From Octopus vulgaris (Eukaryota): DNA of 62,000 bases. Made by a program: the position numbers and the translations under genes. Every line of letters starts with the position of its first letter. Positions within the stretch are counted from its first letter, which is position 1. The notes beneath the pieces are model-generated. The model did not search any database. It saw only the letters and a program-made list of their open reading frames with translations, and was not told the DNA's origin. The stretch spans positions 27,858,001-27,920,000 of the forward strand of contig OX597818.1 of assembly GCA_951406725.2 (NCBI GenBank), written 5' to 3'. This document shows, piece after piece, positions 10,923 through 23,465 of the stretch.

Positions 10923-11789
10923 GTAAGTTTGCAAATATCTTGATTCATTCTTTCTTTGAGTATCAGTCAGTGTTAAGAAGACTAACAGGAGCTACTTTCA
11001 CATCATTGGCTTATCAGTTATCGTCCTTCCCTACCCACTCACTTATCAACACGTGTGTTGACAAGGGAGGGAGAAAAATCAAATTAAACATTGCAAAAAC
11101 AAACAGTATCTATTACTAGCTTCTGTGGAGGTAAACAAACCAACGCTGATTGTCAAGTGGTAGTGGGGAACCAAAACCAAACAGAAAATCATAACAACCA
11201 AGCACAAACCAAATTTAATTTTGAAAACTTACCTCGATTCCTAAATAACATTATATGTAAATGACATATCTAAACTAATTTTGATAAATTGATAATTTTA
11301 TCAAAGCTAACTAACCTTTTGTTTAGTGAGAAGGATGGAACTGCTATTTTAATTTTTATTGTTTTTGAAAGTTTAGGAATATCACATGCCTCTGAAGCAA
11401 CTGCTATTCTTAGTTCATTACTCTGGTTTTTGAAGGTCTGGTACATACACGATTTTTTGCATAATTCAATTTGAAAAAAAAAAAAAAGAAAACTGCTCAC
11501 ATTGATAAGTTGTCAAACATTAAGATGCAAATTTCAAAACATTTTTATGTAAAGCAAGGAATTTCTCTTGATTGATAGATTTGTAGGAGTCCAATAAGGA
11601 CAGATTATTATATTTCGATTTTGGTAAGCAAATCATTTCTAATTGTAAGGCCACTAATAATGACATCCTACAAGGACCATAATGTAACAACAATGTGACA
11701 GGACCACCAATGAGACTGATCTGTGGAGTCAATGTTGCCAACAACTACCTACTTCCTTTCTATGATCATACGCCCTCTGATCAAAATGT

Positions 11790-13950
11790 CCTTGGATATG
11801 TGTGACAGCACAGAGGGCCTCTTCAGCAGGATCAATGAATGAAACCGTGCCTACAATCTGAGGGATGCATAATAGGCAATATGGACGAAGTACCCTTATA
11901 CCAATCCATTGATGTTGATTTTGCTGTGGAGAAATGTGTGAAGGTGATCAAGGAGAGTGACATGGAGTTTTGTGATGTTCACAAAGAAGAACTGGGCCTC
12001 CTCCTGAGACTGACATGTAACAATGATTACTTACATGAACATGACCTTAATTGTTTCTGCCCCACTAGATCAGTAAGAGGTTGACTCACTACTATAACTT
12101 CTATGGCCAAGAAAACCCCAAGAGAGAGAGGTGGAACAGATGGATCAGAGCTATACAGACCCCTAAAAATGCTGATCAGATTACAAAAGATGTTCGCACA
12201 TGCAGTGAGTGCAAGTACCTAAACCACATTCAAGTTTAATGACGAGATATACACCTAAAAGGAAGTTGCAGCTATTAATGTCAGTATTGCTAGTGATGTG
12301 ACTATATATGGTATGGTGGGATATAAAACTCAAAGAGAAATTAGCGAAGAACTCCATAACACTAACTATGTACTCCCGCTATGTAGATGATATCAAGATA
12401 ATAGCCAAAGCACCCCTACAAGACTATGTTAATGATCTAGAAGCTAACACTATGGAGAGCATCCAGCAAATAGCTAACTCCATCCACCAGAGTATTAAAG
12501 TAATAATAGACTACCGTAACAAGTACCCAAACTATAGGCTACCAGTTTTGGACATGGAACTCTTGCTAAGAACAGTAAGGTCCAGATCCTTCACACCCAT
12601 TATACCAAATCCATGGCCTCTAAATGCCTGGTCCACAAGAAAGCAGCTATTTTGGACAACTCCAAGTGCAATATCCTTATAGCAGACTTCATGAGAGTGA
12701 TGAGGAATGTGTCTCATCTGTGCAACTGTATGGATTGGAAAGATACAGACAATGCTTCATCCACAGCATGCAGTTCTCTAGTTAAAACCAAAGGAACAGG
12801 ATTAGAGTACACAAAGGAGCCAGAGCTAAGTATGAAGCTATCATAGTGAGTGATGCAAAAGGACTAAATACAGGAAATGCAGGAGTAAATATTGGGAAAG
12901 CACAGAAAGGACCAGAAAGAAAGGTACATAAGGTCAACTTATGATATGACAACAAAAAATACCAGAGTATCATGTTCAATGATGCTACCTCTGGCAGTCA
13001 ACTAGCATACTCTTTTAGAAAAACATTAGATAAGGCTAAAGTTGTTAGCCATGCACTTTTTTGCCCCTAGGATGAACCCACAGGTTAACTAAGGTTAGGA
13101 ATATAGTGTATAGCTTATGATGTACTGAGGGGTGGTGCAGAAACATGACAGTTATTTGCATTGGAGAGACAACATGCAGCATAGGAGTGCATATAGGTGA
13201 ACACTGGTGGGAGTTCTCAAAGAAGAGAAAGGTTTGTCAGTTCTCTACCAACATGCTCAAGCAGAAAATAGCAGCTTCCTTAATAGCATAGTAGTTAAGG
13301 TATTATCAACACATAGTACTGACATGGTACTTAGACAGATCACAGAGGCTAGAAACATAGAAATAGACAGACTGAGACTCAACAGAAAACATGATTGGAA
13401 CAATAACACCTGCCACCACACCATACAACATGACGACTAAAGACAGAAGAAAGAAACAAAAAAGATACAAACAGTGTAATACATACACAATAAGTAAATA
13501 TCCACATACCTATGATAGGTATAAGAAATAGAGCTAGATAAAAAAAACTATAAAGGGCATGAATGCAAACAACATAGGAAGTGAGCCCATATACACACAC
13601 AAACACACAAAAATAACTTCACAAATGGCTGTAACAATATGAACAACACAGCCAACAATGACAACAGCAACAGCAGTAACAACAACAATATCTACTTCAA
13701 TTGCAGCAGCATGGACAATCACACAAATACAGAGCGATAGAGGAATGGTACCAAAAATTAGTGTCGTGGGCAGCAGCAGCAGCAGCAATGAGGGAAGAGA
13801 TGGGGCTGATGGCAGGGTCATAGTGTTACTAAGAACACTGACACACACACACTCACATACACATGTACACACACACACACACATACAGAAGCAAATGCAT
13901 GCACATATACGGATCTATATCAGAGAAGAAAAGAATGGACAAAGTGGAGC
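11790..13950 (+). mobile_element. Decayed Penelope-like element (RT plus GIY-YIG remnants, low-complexity 3' region)
   Basis: YSRYVDDI, YRLPVLDM and LRQITEA-like motifs; many stops and frameshifts. Confidence 0.65.
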
Positions 13951-14224
13951 AAGAGCATGCATGAAAATGGAAAGTATCACTGACGAGATCTCAGATGTGT
14001 GATTAAAGATATTCGGACTATGGACATGAGTTAGAATAACAGCCATAAATGAGTGAAGAACTAATATATAGTGCAGGTGTTTATTTGGCAAAACGAAAAA
14101 AGAAGTGACCTTTCCAAAATAAAACAATATTTGTTTCAACACATAGTTTCACATCAGGAATATTGCAACACAAATTCTTAAACTTGTGTGTGTATATATA
14201 TATATATATATATACATATATACA

Positions 14225-14395
14225 TGATGGGCCTCTTTCAGTTTCCATCTCCAAATGCACTCTGAAGGCTTTGGTCAGCCCGAGGCTATGAGGATATAGT
14301 AGATGACATTTGCCCAAGGTGCCATGCTGTGGGACTGAACCTAGGACTATGTGGTTGGGAAGTAAGCTTCTTACCACACAGCCAGACCTGTGCCT
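14225..14395 (-). mobile_element. tRNA-derived SINE copy
   Basis: Reverse complement of the 34075 family head. Confidence 0.6.
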
Positions 14396-14559
14396 ATTGC
14401 ATCTTTTATCTATTAATGTATGTGCGTGTATGTGCATGAGTGAATGTGTTTGAGTCTATTTCATTAGCATTTATTCTGGTAGTATCGACACACTACTAAC
14501 ATATTTTAGATATTATCTATAATTATCTTATATATTTTTCTTTTTTTAATTTTTTAAAG

Positions 14560-14601
14560 ATTTGGAGGATGTTTATGTGAATGTTCCAAAGACACCTGAT
14601 G
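14560..14601 (+). CDS. Micro-exon A5 (42 nt): DLEDVYVNVPKTPD
   Basis: Long T-tract plus aaag acceptor, ATG|gtaagt donor, open frame. Confidence 0.8.
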
Positions 14602-14959
14602 GTAAGTATATAGGCAATCCATTACTAAAATTATATTAATTTCCTAGCTCTGGGTCTGGAATCAGTCCTGGTAAAGTTAGCAAAACTTTTGGAAGTTCTA
14701 TTTATACAAATAAAGAAAATACTGATAAAACTAGTTTTGAGTTCACTAGACATGAAACACAATGTATAGAACAGTTTTGCAATGGTGAATCTTTCACACT
14801 TTGATCAGCTACTGTTTTGAGTACCCATAACCATTCCTACTTATGGACACCACTGAAAAGAAAGTAACAGAATGGCTTCTCTTAATGGTATCATGTTTAA
14901 ATATCAATATAATATCATATTTGAGTAACAGAAATAGTTGTGTACTATACTCAATACTC

Positions 14960-17660
14960 AGAGATATTAACCTGTTGAGGGACACTGACCAGATCTGTGA
15001 TGGTGCAAAGTCCCCTCTCAACCAAAAATAATGTGGTGGTGGAACAATGTTGTTGACAAGGCTATTAGAGAAAAGAAACAGGCATGGAAGGACTGGAAGA
15101 ACTGTGGCAGCAGAGAATTGTATCAGACTGCCCGAAGGGAAGCAAGGAGACAGGTTTATTTAGCCAGAGGGGAAGCAGATAGGAAAAAACTTACCAATGT
15201 TCTGTGCCGTGAGAACCAAAGACTTGAGGTATTTCGTGTTGCAAGACAGTGTATGAGAGAGAATCATGATGTTGTAGGAGAGAAATGTGTTCGCATGGAT
15301 GATGGTTCACTTGCACTAAACGAGGCTGCAAAGAGAGAGGTTTGGAGATACCACTGTGAAAGGTAGCTCAATAAAAAAAATGAATGGGAGAAAGAGAGTC
15401 TACTGAATGTCAACCCAACAGAGGAACCTGCTCTCCGAGTTGGCAGTACCTTGGTAGATAAAGCAATTAAGAGTATGAAGACAGGGAAAAGCCCCATCAG
15501 GAATCACTGTAGAAATGCTCAAAATATCTGGCAGTGTTGACTATTGCCTAGTCACCCATATAGTTAACCAGGTGATACACGAAGGAGTCACACCCAACGA
15601 CTGGTATAGCAGCGTAATAGTCAACTTCTACAAAGGTAAAGGTGATGCTTTAGATACAAATAATTACAGAGGTATCAAGTTGTTAGATCAGGTAATGAAG
15701 GTCACAGAGAAGGTCATAGCCCAACTAATTAGGGAGAGAGTCAGTTTAGATGAGATGCAGTTTGGGTTCGTGCCAGGGAAAAGCACCACTGATGCTATAT
15801 TTCTGGTTAGACAGCTGCAGGAGAAATAACTAGCCAAAGATAAACCTCTGTACCTGGCTTTCATTGACATGGAGAAAGCCTTTGACAGGGTCCCCGGATC
15901 CCTTATCTGATGGTCAATGATGAAACTAGGGATATATGAATGGTTAGTAAGAACTGTGCAAGCTATGCACAGGTTGGCAACGACTACAGTGAAAAATAAT
16001 TCTAGGTAGTGGTAGGGATCCACCAAGGTTCAGTCCTCAGCCCCCTCCTATTTATCATAGTCCTCCAGCCAATAACAGAGGAATTCAAGACAGGATGCTC
16101 CTGGGAGCTCCTCTATGCTGATGACCTTGTTCTAATTGCTGAGTCACTATCAGAACTAGAGGAGAAGTTTCAGGTGTGGAAACAAGGATTAGAATCAAAG
16201 GGCCTTAGAACCAACCTAGCTAAAACCAAAGTCCTAATAAGCAGGAAGTCAGGCAAACCACAAATCCCTTCAGGTAGTTGGCCCTGCTCGATCTGTAGAA
16301 AAGGCCTAGGTAGAAACCCCATAAGATGTACCCTGTGTAAGTTACGGACACATAAGAGGTGCAGCAATATCAAAGGAAGGCTAACTGGGAAGATAGTTTT
16401 TGTATGTGGCAGATGCTCAGGAGCAATAAACACTGAAAATGTGCGGAGAACAACTTCCACCACATTCCAGGGAGAAAAACTAGAAGTAGTTGATAGCTTC
16501 CATTATCTAGGTGACCAAGTCAGTAGCAGGGGAGGGTGCACTGAGAGTGTAGCTGCTAGAATAAGAATAGCTTGGGCAAAGTTCAGAGAGCTCTTACCTC
16601 TGCTGGTGACAAAGGGCCTCTCGCTCAGAGTAAAAGGTAGAAATTATGATGCATGTGTATGAACAGCCAAGCTACATGGCAGTGAAACATGAGCTGTGAT
16701 TGCTGAGGACATGCGTAAGCTTGCAAGGAATGAAGCCAGTATGCTCTGATGGATGTGTAATGTTAGTGTGCATATTTGACAGAGTGTAAGTACCTTGAGA
16801 GAAAAGTTGGACCTAAGAAGCATCAGATGTGGTGTGCAAGAAAGACAACTGTGCTGGTATGGCCATGTGGCAAGAATGGATGTGGATAGCTGTGTGAAAA
16901 AGTGCCACACCGTTGCGGTTGAGGGAACCTGTGGAAGCAGTAGACCCAAGAAGACCTGGGATGAGGTGGTGAAACATAACCTTCAAACATTGGACCTCAC
17001 CGAGGCAATGACTAGTGACCGGAACCTTTGAAAATATGCTGTACTTGAGAAGACATGGCAAGCCAAGTGAGACCATAACTTCATGACGTATGCCAGGGGT
17101 GTAACCAGCCCACTTATATAATGCGTACCTTTCCTTCATTAGACACTAAACTCTGCTTGCGAAGACCTGTTGAGGCAAGTGAAATCGAAATCGCAATTGA
17201 AATCAAATTCTATGACTGGTATCCGTGCTAGTGGAGTGCTAAGAGTATCATCCAAGCCAGAGCAACAAACTAGCTTCTGTGCCGGTGGCATGTAAAAAGC
17301 ACCATTCGAGCGTGATCATTACCTGCATCGCCTTACTGGCACTTGTGCTGGAGGCTTGTGAAAAATCATTCAAGTGAGGTCATTGCCAGTGCCGCTGGAC
17401 TGGCTCCTGTGCAGGTGGCACAAAAGCACCATTTGAGCATGGCCGTTGCCAGTACCATCTGAGTGGCCCTCGTACTGATGGCACATAAAAGCACCCAGTA
17501 CACTCTTGGAGTTGTTGGCATTAGGAAGGGCATCCAGCTGTAGAAACTCTGCCAGATCAGATTGGAGCCTGGTGCAGCCATCTGGTTCCCCAGACCTCTG
17601 TCAAATCGTCCAACCCATGCTAGCATGGAAAGCGGACGTTAAGTGGATGATGATGATGAT
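14960..17660 (+). mobile_element. RTE-group LINE, 5'-truncated, decayed RT with Cys-rich insert, tandem-repeat 3' UTR and (GAT)n tail
   Basis: NYRGIKLL, QFGFVPGKSTTDAIF, GIHQGSVLSPLLF, LLYADDLV, CSIC..CTLC..HKRC..CGRC, GRPKKTW-like end. Confidence 0.9.
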
Positions 17661-17829
17661 AACTCATGCACCAATTATATAAAGAAAAATCCACTGCACC
17701 GCACCCAACAAAACATGAATGGAATTCAGCTATAGCCCACTCAGTGGCTTCCAATGCTGGTCTTATTATCACTGAGGATCTTTCTTGGCAACAGCACATC
17801 CTTAGCATAGCTTGAACTGTATCCTGAAG

Positions 17830-18110
17830 ACTAGCCCCTCTCTTTAGTCTTCAATGGAGAATGATATTCTACAAGGTTCAAGAGAGAGTTACAATAAAGT
17901 ACTCCTTCCACATCTAGTACAGTGCTGTGATATGCACAATCACATCCAAAGAAGAGCCATCCAACTGACTGGTATTGAGTCACTAACAGACACTCTTCAG
18001 TTCCTGGTTCACAGACATGCTGTCTTCTCTCTTTGTCTTTTCTATCACTACCAGACACAGAGGTCATTAGGTCTCAGTACCTTTGAGCTGGTTGGTTTTG
18101 TCTTTACAAC
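17830..18110 (+). mobile_element. CR1/Jockey-type LINE C-terminal fragment
   Basis: IQRRAIQL...LVHRHAVFSLCLFY resembles the post-RT region. Confidence 0.45.
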
Positions 18111-18851
18111 AATGTGACACCCCTGTCCCACTTGCCTTTCTAACTCTTGTCATTTTTGGTGTATCCAACATCCTTAGCCCACACTAATCCTTTTTCCTGT
18201 CTTCCAGAACATCATCCTTCAGGAATCTTCTCTTTGTTATAGCATTCTCTGTAGGTATTGGCCTGCAACAGTTCAAATGGAACATTAATAGCAAAGCTCG
18301 TCAGTCTTAGAAGACTTATAAAGGTCATGGGCAATGCCTCAGCTTCCAAACTCAATAAGAAAAATACATGCACATATACATGCATGAATACATTCATGTC
18401 ATCTATTCATTTGTGTTTGGATAGTGGTTTTTACATGCCACCAGCACATGAGCCAGTTGTAGGGTACTGGCATGGGCCACATTCAGATGGTGCTTTTTAT
18501 GTACCACCAGCATAGAGGCTGGTCAAGCGTTCCTGGCATCGATCACATTTGGATAGTGCTTTTTACATGCCACCAGCATCGGAGCTAGTCATGGGGCACT
18601 GGCCACAGCTACGATTTTGATTTTACTTGATTCAACAGGTCTTCTCAAGCATATCATATCAACTGACACATCAGGGGTACTCTTAAATGGGCCGGACATG
18701 CAACACTGGCATCAGCCATGGCTGTGATCTCACTTTAGTTCTTCCCAATCACAGTATATCTCCAAAGGTCTAAAGTATAGAGCAGTAATGTATTTATATG
18801 CAGTTAAGAATTTGTCCAGACATAGAGATCAATGGTTTTGTATCCTTACAG

Positions 18852-18893
18852 AGTTTAGCTCCATGGATGACTCATCAGACTCTAAACCTGAAG
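18852..18893 (+). CDS. Candidate micro-exon C (42 nt, GC donor): EFSSMDDSSDSKPE
   Basis: ccttacag acceptor, AAG|gcatgt donor; same length and phase as the A exons; degraded paralogue near 4550. Confidence 0.5.
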
Positions 18894-19229
18894 GCATGTA
18901 GTTCTTCAATTATGGGACATAGGAATACAGCAGGTAGCATTTGAAATGCCTGCAGGGGCTGTAAATTTCTTACCATGAATTCAGTAATCCTGGTTTCAGG
19001 GAGTCTTTGAGGATCCTTTCACACTCAGCCATACAAAGTTTGTAGCATCTGCTCCTGTTAATATAGCAACCCGGCTGCTCTATGATCCTCCACTTGATAG
19101 TGTATTGGGTTCCTCTATCTTTGAGATTCCATATGTGGCTCTCCAGAGATGTGACATATTTTCTTCCCAGAATCCTGAAAGGGAACCTGTGGTTGTAGAG
19201 ATGCCACTAGAAGGCAGTCTTGGCTTGGG

Positions 19230-20030
19230 AGTTGGTTGTGTTCACATTTATGGCACATTTTCTGGGCTTGTGGGTGTTGTTGCCACTGATGTTACTGGAG
19301 CTGCTATCAGCGCTATTATTATAAGTCATGGGAATCTGACAGTATCGCTGCAGCTGTTGTTGTTGTAATGGTATCCCTGGCGTTGCTGCCGATTTTGCCG
19401 ATGGTGATGGTAATACTGCATGTGGGGCCAGAAGCCATGCTGGTGCTGCTGGTGTTGGTATGGTCGTCAACTCTGGCCATAGTGCTGTTGCTGGGTTTGT
19501 TAGCATCAGTGCTGGTGTTTCTGTCACTGTCGCTGCTGATGCTGGATGATCAGTTGCTGCTATTACTATGGTCACTAGGTATCACCAGAGCTTCATAAAT
19601 GACTCTCTCAGCCATGTATTGCACCGCCACCTCTTGAGCAGTTATTGAAATCACTGCAAGAGCAACCAACTACCTCCCACATTTTATGGATGTTGCTTGT
19701 ATACTTTTCATGCAGACACCTGTGTGTCTGCGTGAAGTGTTTGTCTACTTACCTGAGGAATAGTCTTCTCGCACAAGATTTTGTGTGAGAAGGGTGGGAC
19801 AAACCAAACGATGCTCCAGTGGTGGTGCCTCTTTTGTGGGTGCTAGGGCCTGGCATAGATAACCTGTCCTCACTGACTAGATTGTTTATTCTTTGTTTAC
19901 TTACTAACTGACCATAACAGATTCCAACCTCCCAGAGTCAAAGAACTATATGCCTTCAGCTTTAGAGTCTGACAAGTCTTCTCTGGGGCTAAGCCCTTTA
20001 TGGATGCAAATCTATTGGTCACTCTATGAC
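19230..20030 (-). mobile_element. Penelope-like element 3' fragment
   Basis: Reverse-complement homologue of ~6450-7290. Confidence 0.6.
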
Positions 20031-20214
20031 CAGACATATACTTAACTACACATAAATATATAATTTGAATATGGGAAAACGAATTTCCAAATCAATCAGG
20101 TACAACCCTTTAGCATTACAGGCATTTGCATATCGTGCAGTTGGGTTTTAATTATCATATATTTATATATATTTTTTTTAGAAATATACAAAACATATTA
20201 TATATAATAGAAAT

Positions 20215-20487
20215 TAATGATAATTCAGTTTCGGGGATTAATAGCTATGCGGGCATTCTATTTCAAATTATGCAAAAATACAACCTAACGAGTATATCTG
20301 AAGGTAAACTCGTGGTATCTGTTTAAACATCATGAAATAATACTTGAAAGGATAAAACCAGTACACCAGCAGGGTATAAAATATACATCCTTAATTATCT
20401 CCTATTTAAGTTAAAATTAAAATGATCAATTATGAAGGAACTACACATGTTTGAGTATCAGAAGATTATAATGTGTGTGTGTGTGTA

Positions 20488-20541
<54 letters not shown>

Positions 20542-21035
20542 CATCAGATTTACAATTCTAACAGTACATCTTCAGGTTATTTTTCAAAATATTGTTAATC
20601 TAATTTTACATCACCTTAAAATTAAGCGTTAAATTAAACATTAAAATTTAAAAATTAAACTTTACAAAATTAAGAATTAAAAATTATAAATTATAAATTA
20701 TACATTATAAATATGAATTAGTACACATATATCAAGCTTATAAAGTCTAATATATAATGTCAAATATAAAATATAAAATTATACATCAGAATAAAATGTC
20801 TGATTAAATGTGAAAAATATATGTAAAATACAGATACATGCTGTCTTTTGATGGAATCAGAATCTATACCCTGCTGGTGTACTGGTTTTATCCTTTAAAG
20901 TATTTTTTCATGATGTGCATATAGATACCACAAGTTTACCTTCAGATATACTTGTTAGTTTTTTTTTTTGTTGCATAATCTGAAATAGAATACCCACATA
21001 TATATTAATCCCCAAAACTGAATTATCATATATAT
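20215..21035. repeat. Foldback/MITE-like structure with ~170-bp inverted arms
   Basis: 20215-20385 is the reverse complement of ~20865-21035. Confidence 0.7.
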
Positions 21036-21582
21036 ATGTATATACATATTGAGGCGTGGCTGTGTGGTAAGACGCTATCTTTCCAGCCACATGGTTCTGT
21101 GTTCAGTCCCACAACATGGCATTTTGGAAAAGTGTCTTTGAGAGGCAATGTCTGGTAACCAAGACCTTTGGCAGTATGTTGTGCTTGAGAAGACTTGTCA
21201 AGCCAAGTGAAACTGTAGTCATGGCCAATGCAGTTGGCATGTGAAAAGCACCTTTTGAGTGTTGGGCTTCACAGAGGCAATAGCAAATGATTTAGACCTC
21301 TGGCCTTATGTCATGCTTGAGAAGAAGGCCCATCAAACCAAGTAAAATTACAGTTGTGGCAGATACTGGTGTCACACAAATGGCACCTGTGCTGGTGGCT
21401 TGTAGAAGCACACATTATACTCTTGGAGTGGCTGGCATTAAGAAAGGCGTCCAGTTGTAAAAACCATGGCAAATCAGACTGGTGTCTGGTGCAGCCTTCC
21501 AGCTTGCCAGCCCTGGTGAAACTGTCCAACCCATGCCAGAATGGACAATAGATGTTAAATGATGATGATGATGATGATGATG

Positions 21583-21617
<35 letters not shown>

Positions 21618-21887
21618 AATATTTAAATGGGTGAATGAATTAACCTTTGGAAAATTCAATAAACCGTTATCAGGGTAGCAAAATTCACGCCAGTAACACG
21701 GTTGACGTGACCTATTCAAAGGTAAAAACTCCGGGTTAATGTGCAGAAATTTGTGTATTATAAATAAATAAATAAATGGAGTTGAATGAAGAAGCTATTA
21801 AAATTCTTTTACTTTCGACATATGTTTCTATGACTGCCTAAATCGTAATTGTTATAATGTCTTGTTGTTGAGAGAGACTCTCTCTTT

Positions 21888-21969
21888 CTTTCCTGATGAG
21901 AAGATTGCATTTTACACTGTTTATTCCTTTGGAATAAAACCATGTTGTCTTCAAAACATATGTCGAAAG
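21888..21969 (+). ncRNA. Type I hammerhead motif with G12>A
   Basis: CUUUC CUGAUGA GAAGA...UCUUC AAAA CAUAUG UC GAAAG; the inverted partial copy at 21812-21828 retains GAAAC. Confidence 0.6.
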
Positions 21970-22061
21970 TAAAAGAATTTTAATAACATCTTCGTTCAAC
22001 TCCATTTATTTATTTATCTATATATATATATATACATATACACATATATATACATATATAT

Positions 22062-22452
22062 ATACCAGCAGTATCACCTGGCGTTGCTCGGGTTTGTTTC
22101 GACCTTTAGAATTGGAATTTTTGAAAAGTAAAAATTTTGCATTATGTAGCTTGTTATTCTCTTTAAGTGAACATTTTTCTGGTTGAAATACACCGAAAAA
22201 TGGTGACACAGCAGTCAAAAAATCGTAAAAAATAGGGATTATCATAGAAAAAAAAAGCACCTTTTTGATGTAAATAATTTTTGGTGTTAACATGGTCCGA
22301 TTTGGATTTATTCTTCTGCGGAAGGAAGAGCAAGCCTTCTGCTATCATACTTTCAATTTTGGTCAACTTGTGCCACAGGGTCTCGGAGGAGATAGTGTTA
22401 GTTGAAGGCTACCAAACTTGCCATACACAGACAACTTCAGCTTTATATATAG
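22062..22452 (+). mobile_element. Non-autonomous Helitron-like element (Lep1-like ends)
   Basis: 5' accagcagtatcacctggcgttgctcggg; 3' catacacagacaacttcagctttatatatag. Confidence 0.4.
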
Positions 22453-23454
22453 AGAGATTTAACTTACATGACCCTAGTAAATTGGATGAGAGAAATAAGC
22501 AAAGCTGGTGATCATAAAAGTTAAGTCCCTATGTGGAAATACAGCTAAGCATTGATTTAAATAGGATATTTCAAAATTTAGCTATGAAGTGGCTTATTTT
22601 ACTGTTTAATTTGAGTCATTAGCTGTATTATAATAGTTAACACACTATGAAATCATGAGGGAGAGATTCAATTCTTATCATTTTTTCACTTTCATATTTT
22701 TTCTCTTTTGCATTGATAATTTATAATGCACAAATAGGTTCTATATACGAATTTAGTAAAAGAGAGAGAGAGAGAGCGAGAGAGAGAGAGAGAGAGTGTG
22801 TGTGCATGTGTGGGCACGCATGTGCATGTGTTTGTATGTGAATCAGCTATCACTTGGAATGTAATAAAATATCAATTGTACCATTTTGATGGTAGGGATA
22901 TTCACCACACCACTGTTTACAGACATAGATTGAATTGAATGTTAGACATTCATATCAGTTTCAGACAATGTCATTTGTTAAACATCCGCTGTTCATTTAC
23001 TGATCATTTATTAGGATCAAGTGTTCAATTTTAATCTATGATTTTATTCAAAATATATAGAAATTGTAAATAAAATGGTACCTGAAAATATGTAACAGTC
23101 TCTCTTTCTGAGTAAAAAGCTTTATGTGCTAGCAAGTTACTAAAACTTTAGAACTTATTGCTCTAATGAGTCCATGTTTTCATTATTGTAACTTACTGAA
23201 TTTTCACATCTTTATATTTAATTTCTGGGATCATCATTAATTTTTTTTTTATGAAGCACTGTGCTTATAAGCATTAAGATAACAATTTGTGCACCACATT
23301 TTAAAATTCCAATCATTCTAGTATTTAAGCAAACATGATCTTATATTTAATTATTTTTCTGCAAAGCATGTAATTATTTTCACAAATACCAAGCGTCAAA
23401 TAATTGTTTAATAGATCAGGATCTCATGTACATTTTTATTCTTTTATTTTGTAG

Positions 23455-23465
23455 GTTACCAGTGA
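23455..23465 (+). CDS. Coding part of candidate terminal exon: (G)YQ-stop
   Basis: Strong acceptor ttttattttgtag; phase-1 reading GGT TAC CAG TGA; followed by about 800 nt of non-repetitive AT-rich sequence. Confidence 0.5.

Noticed and set aside
13969-14020. CTGACGAG...ttcggac hammerhead-like start at the end of a PLE
   Set aside because: No GAAA and no helix I partner.
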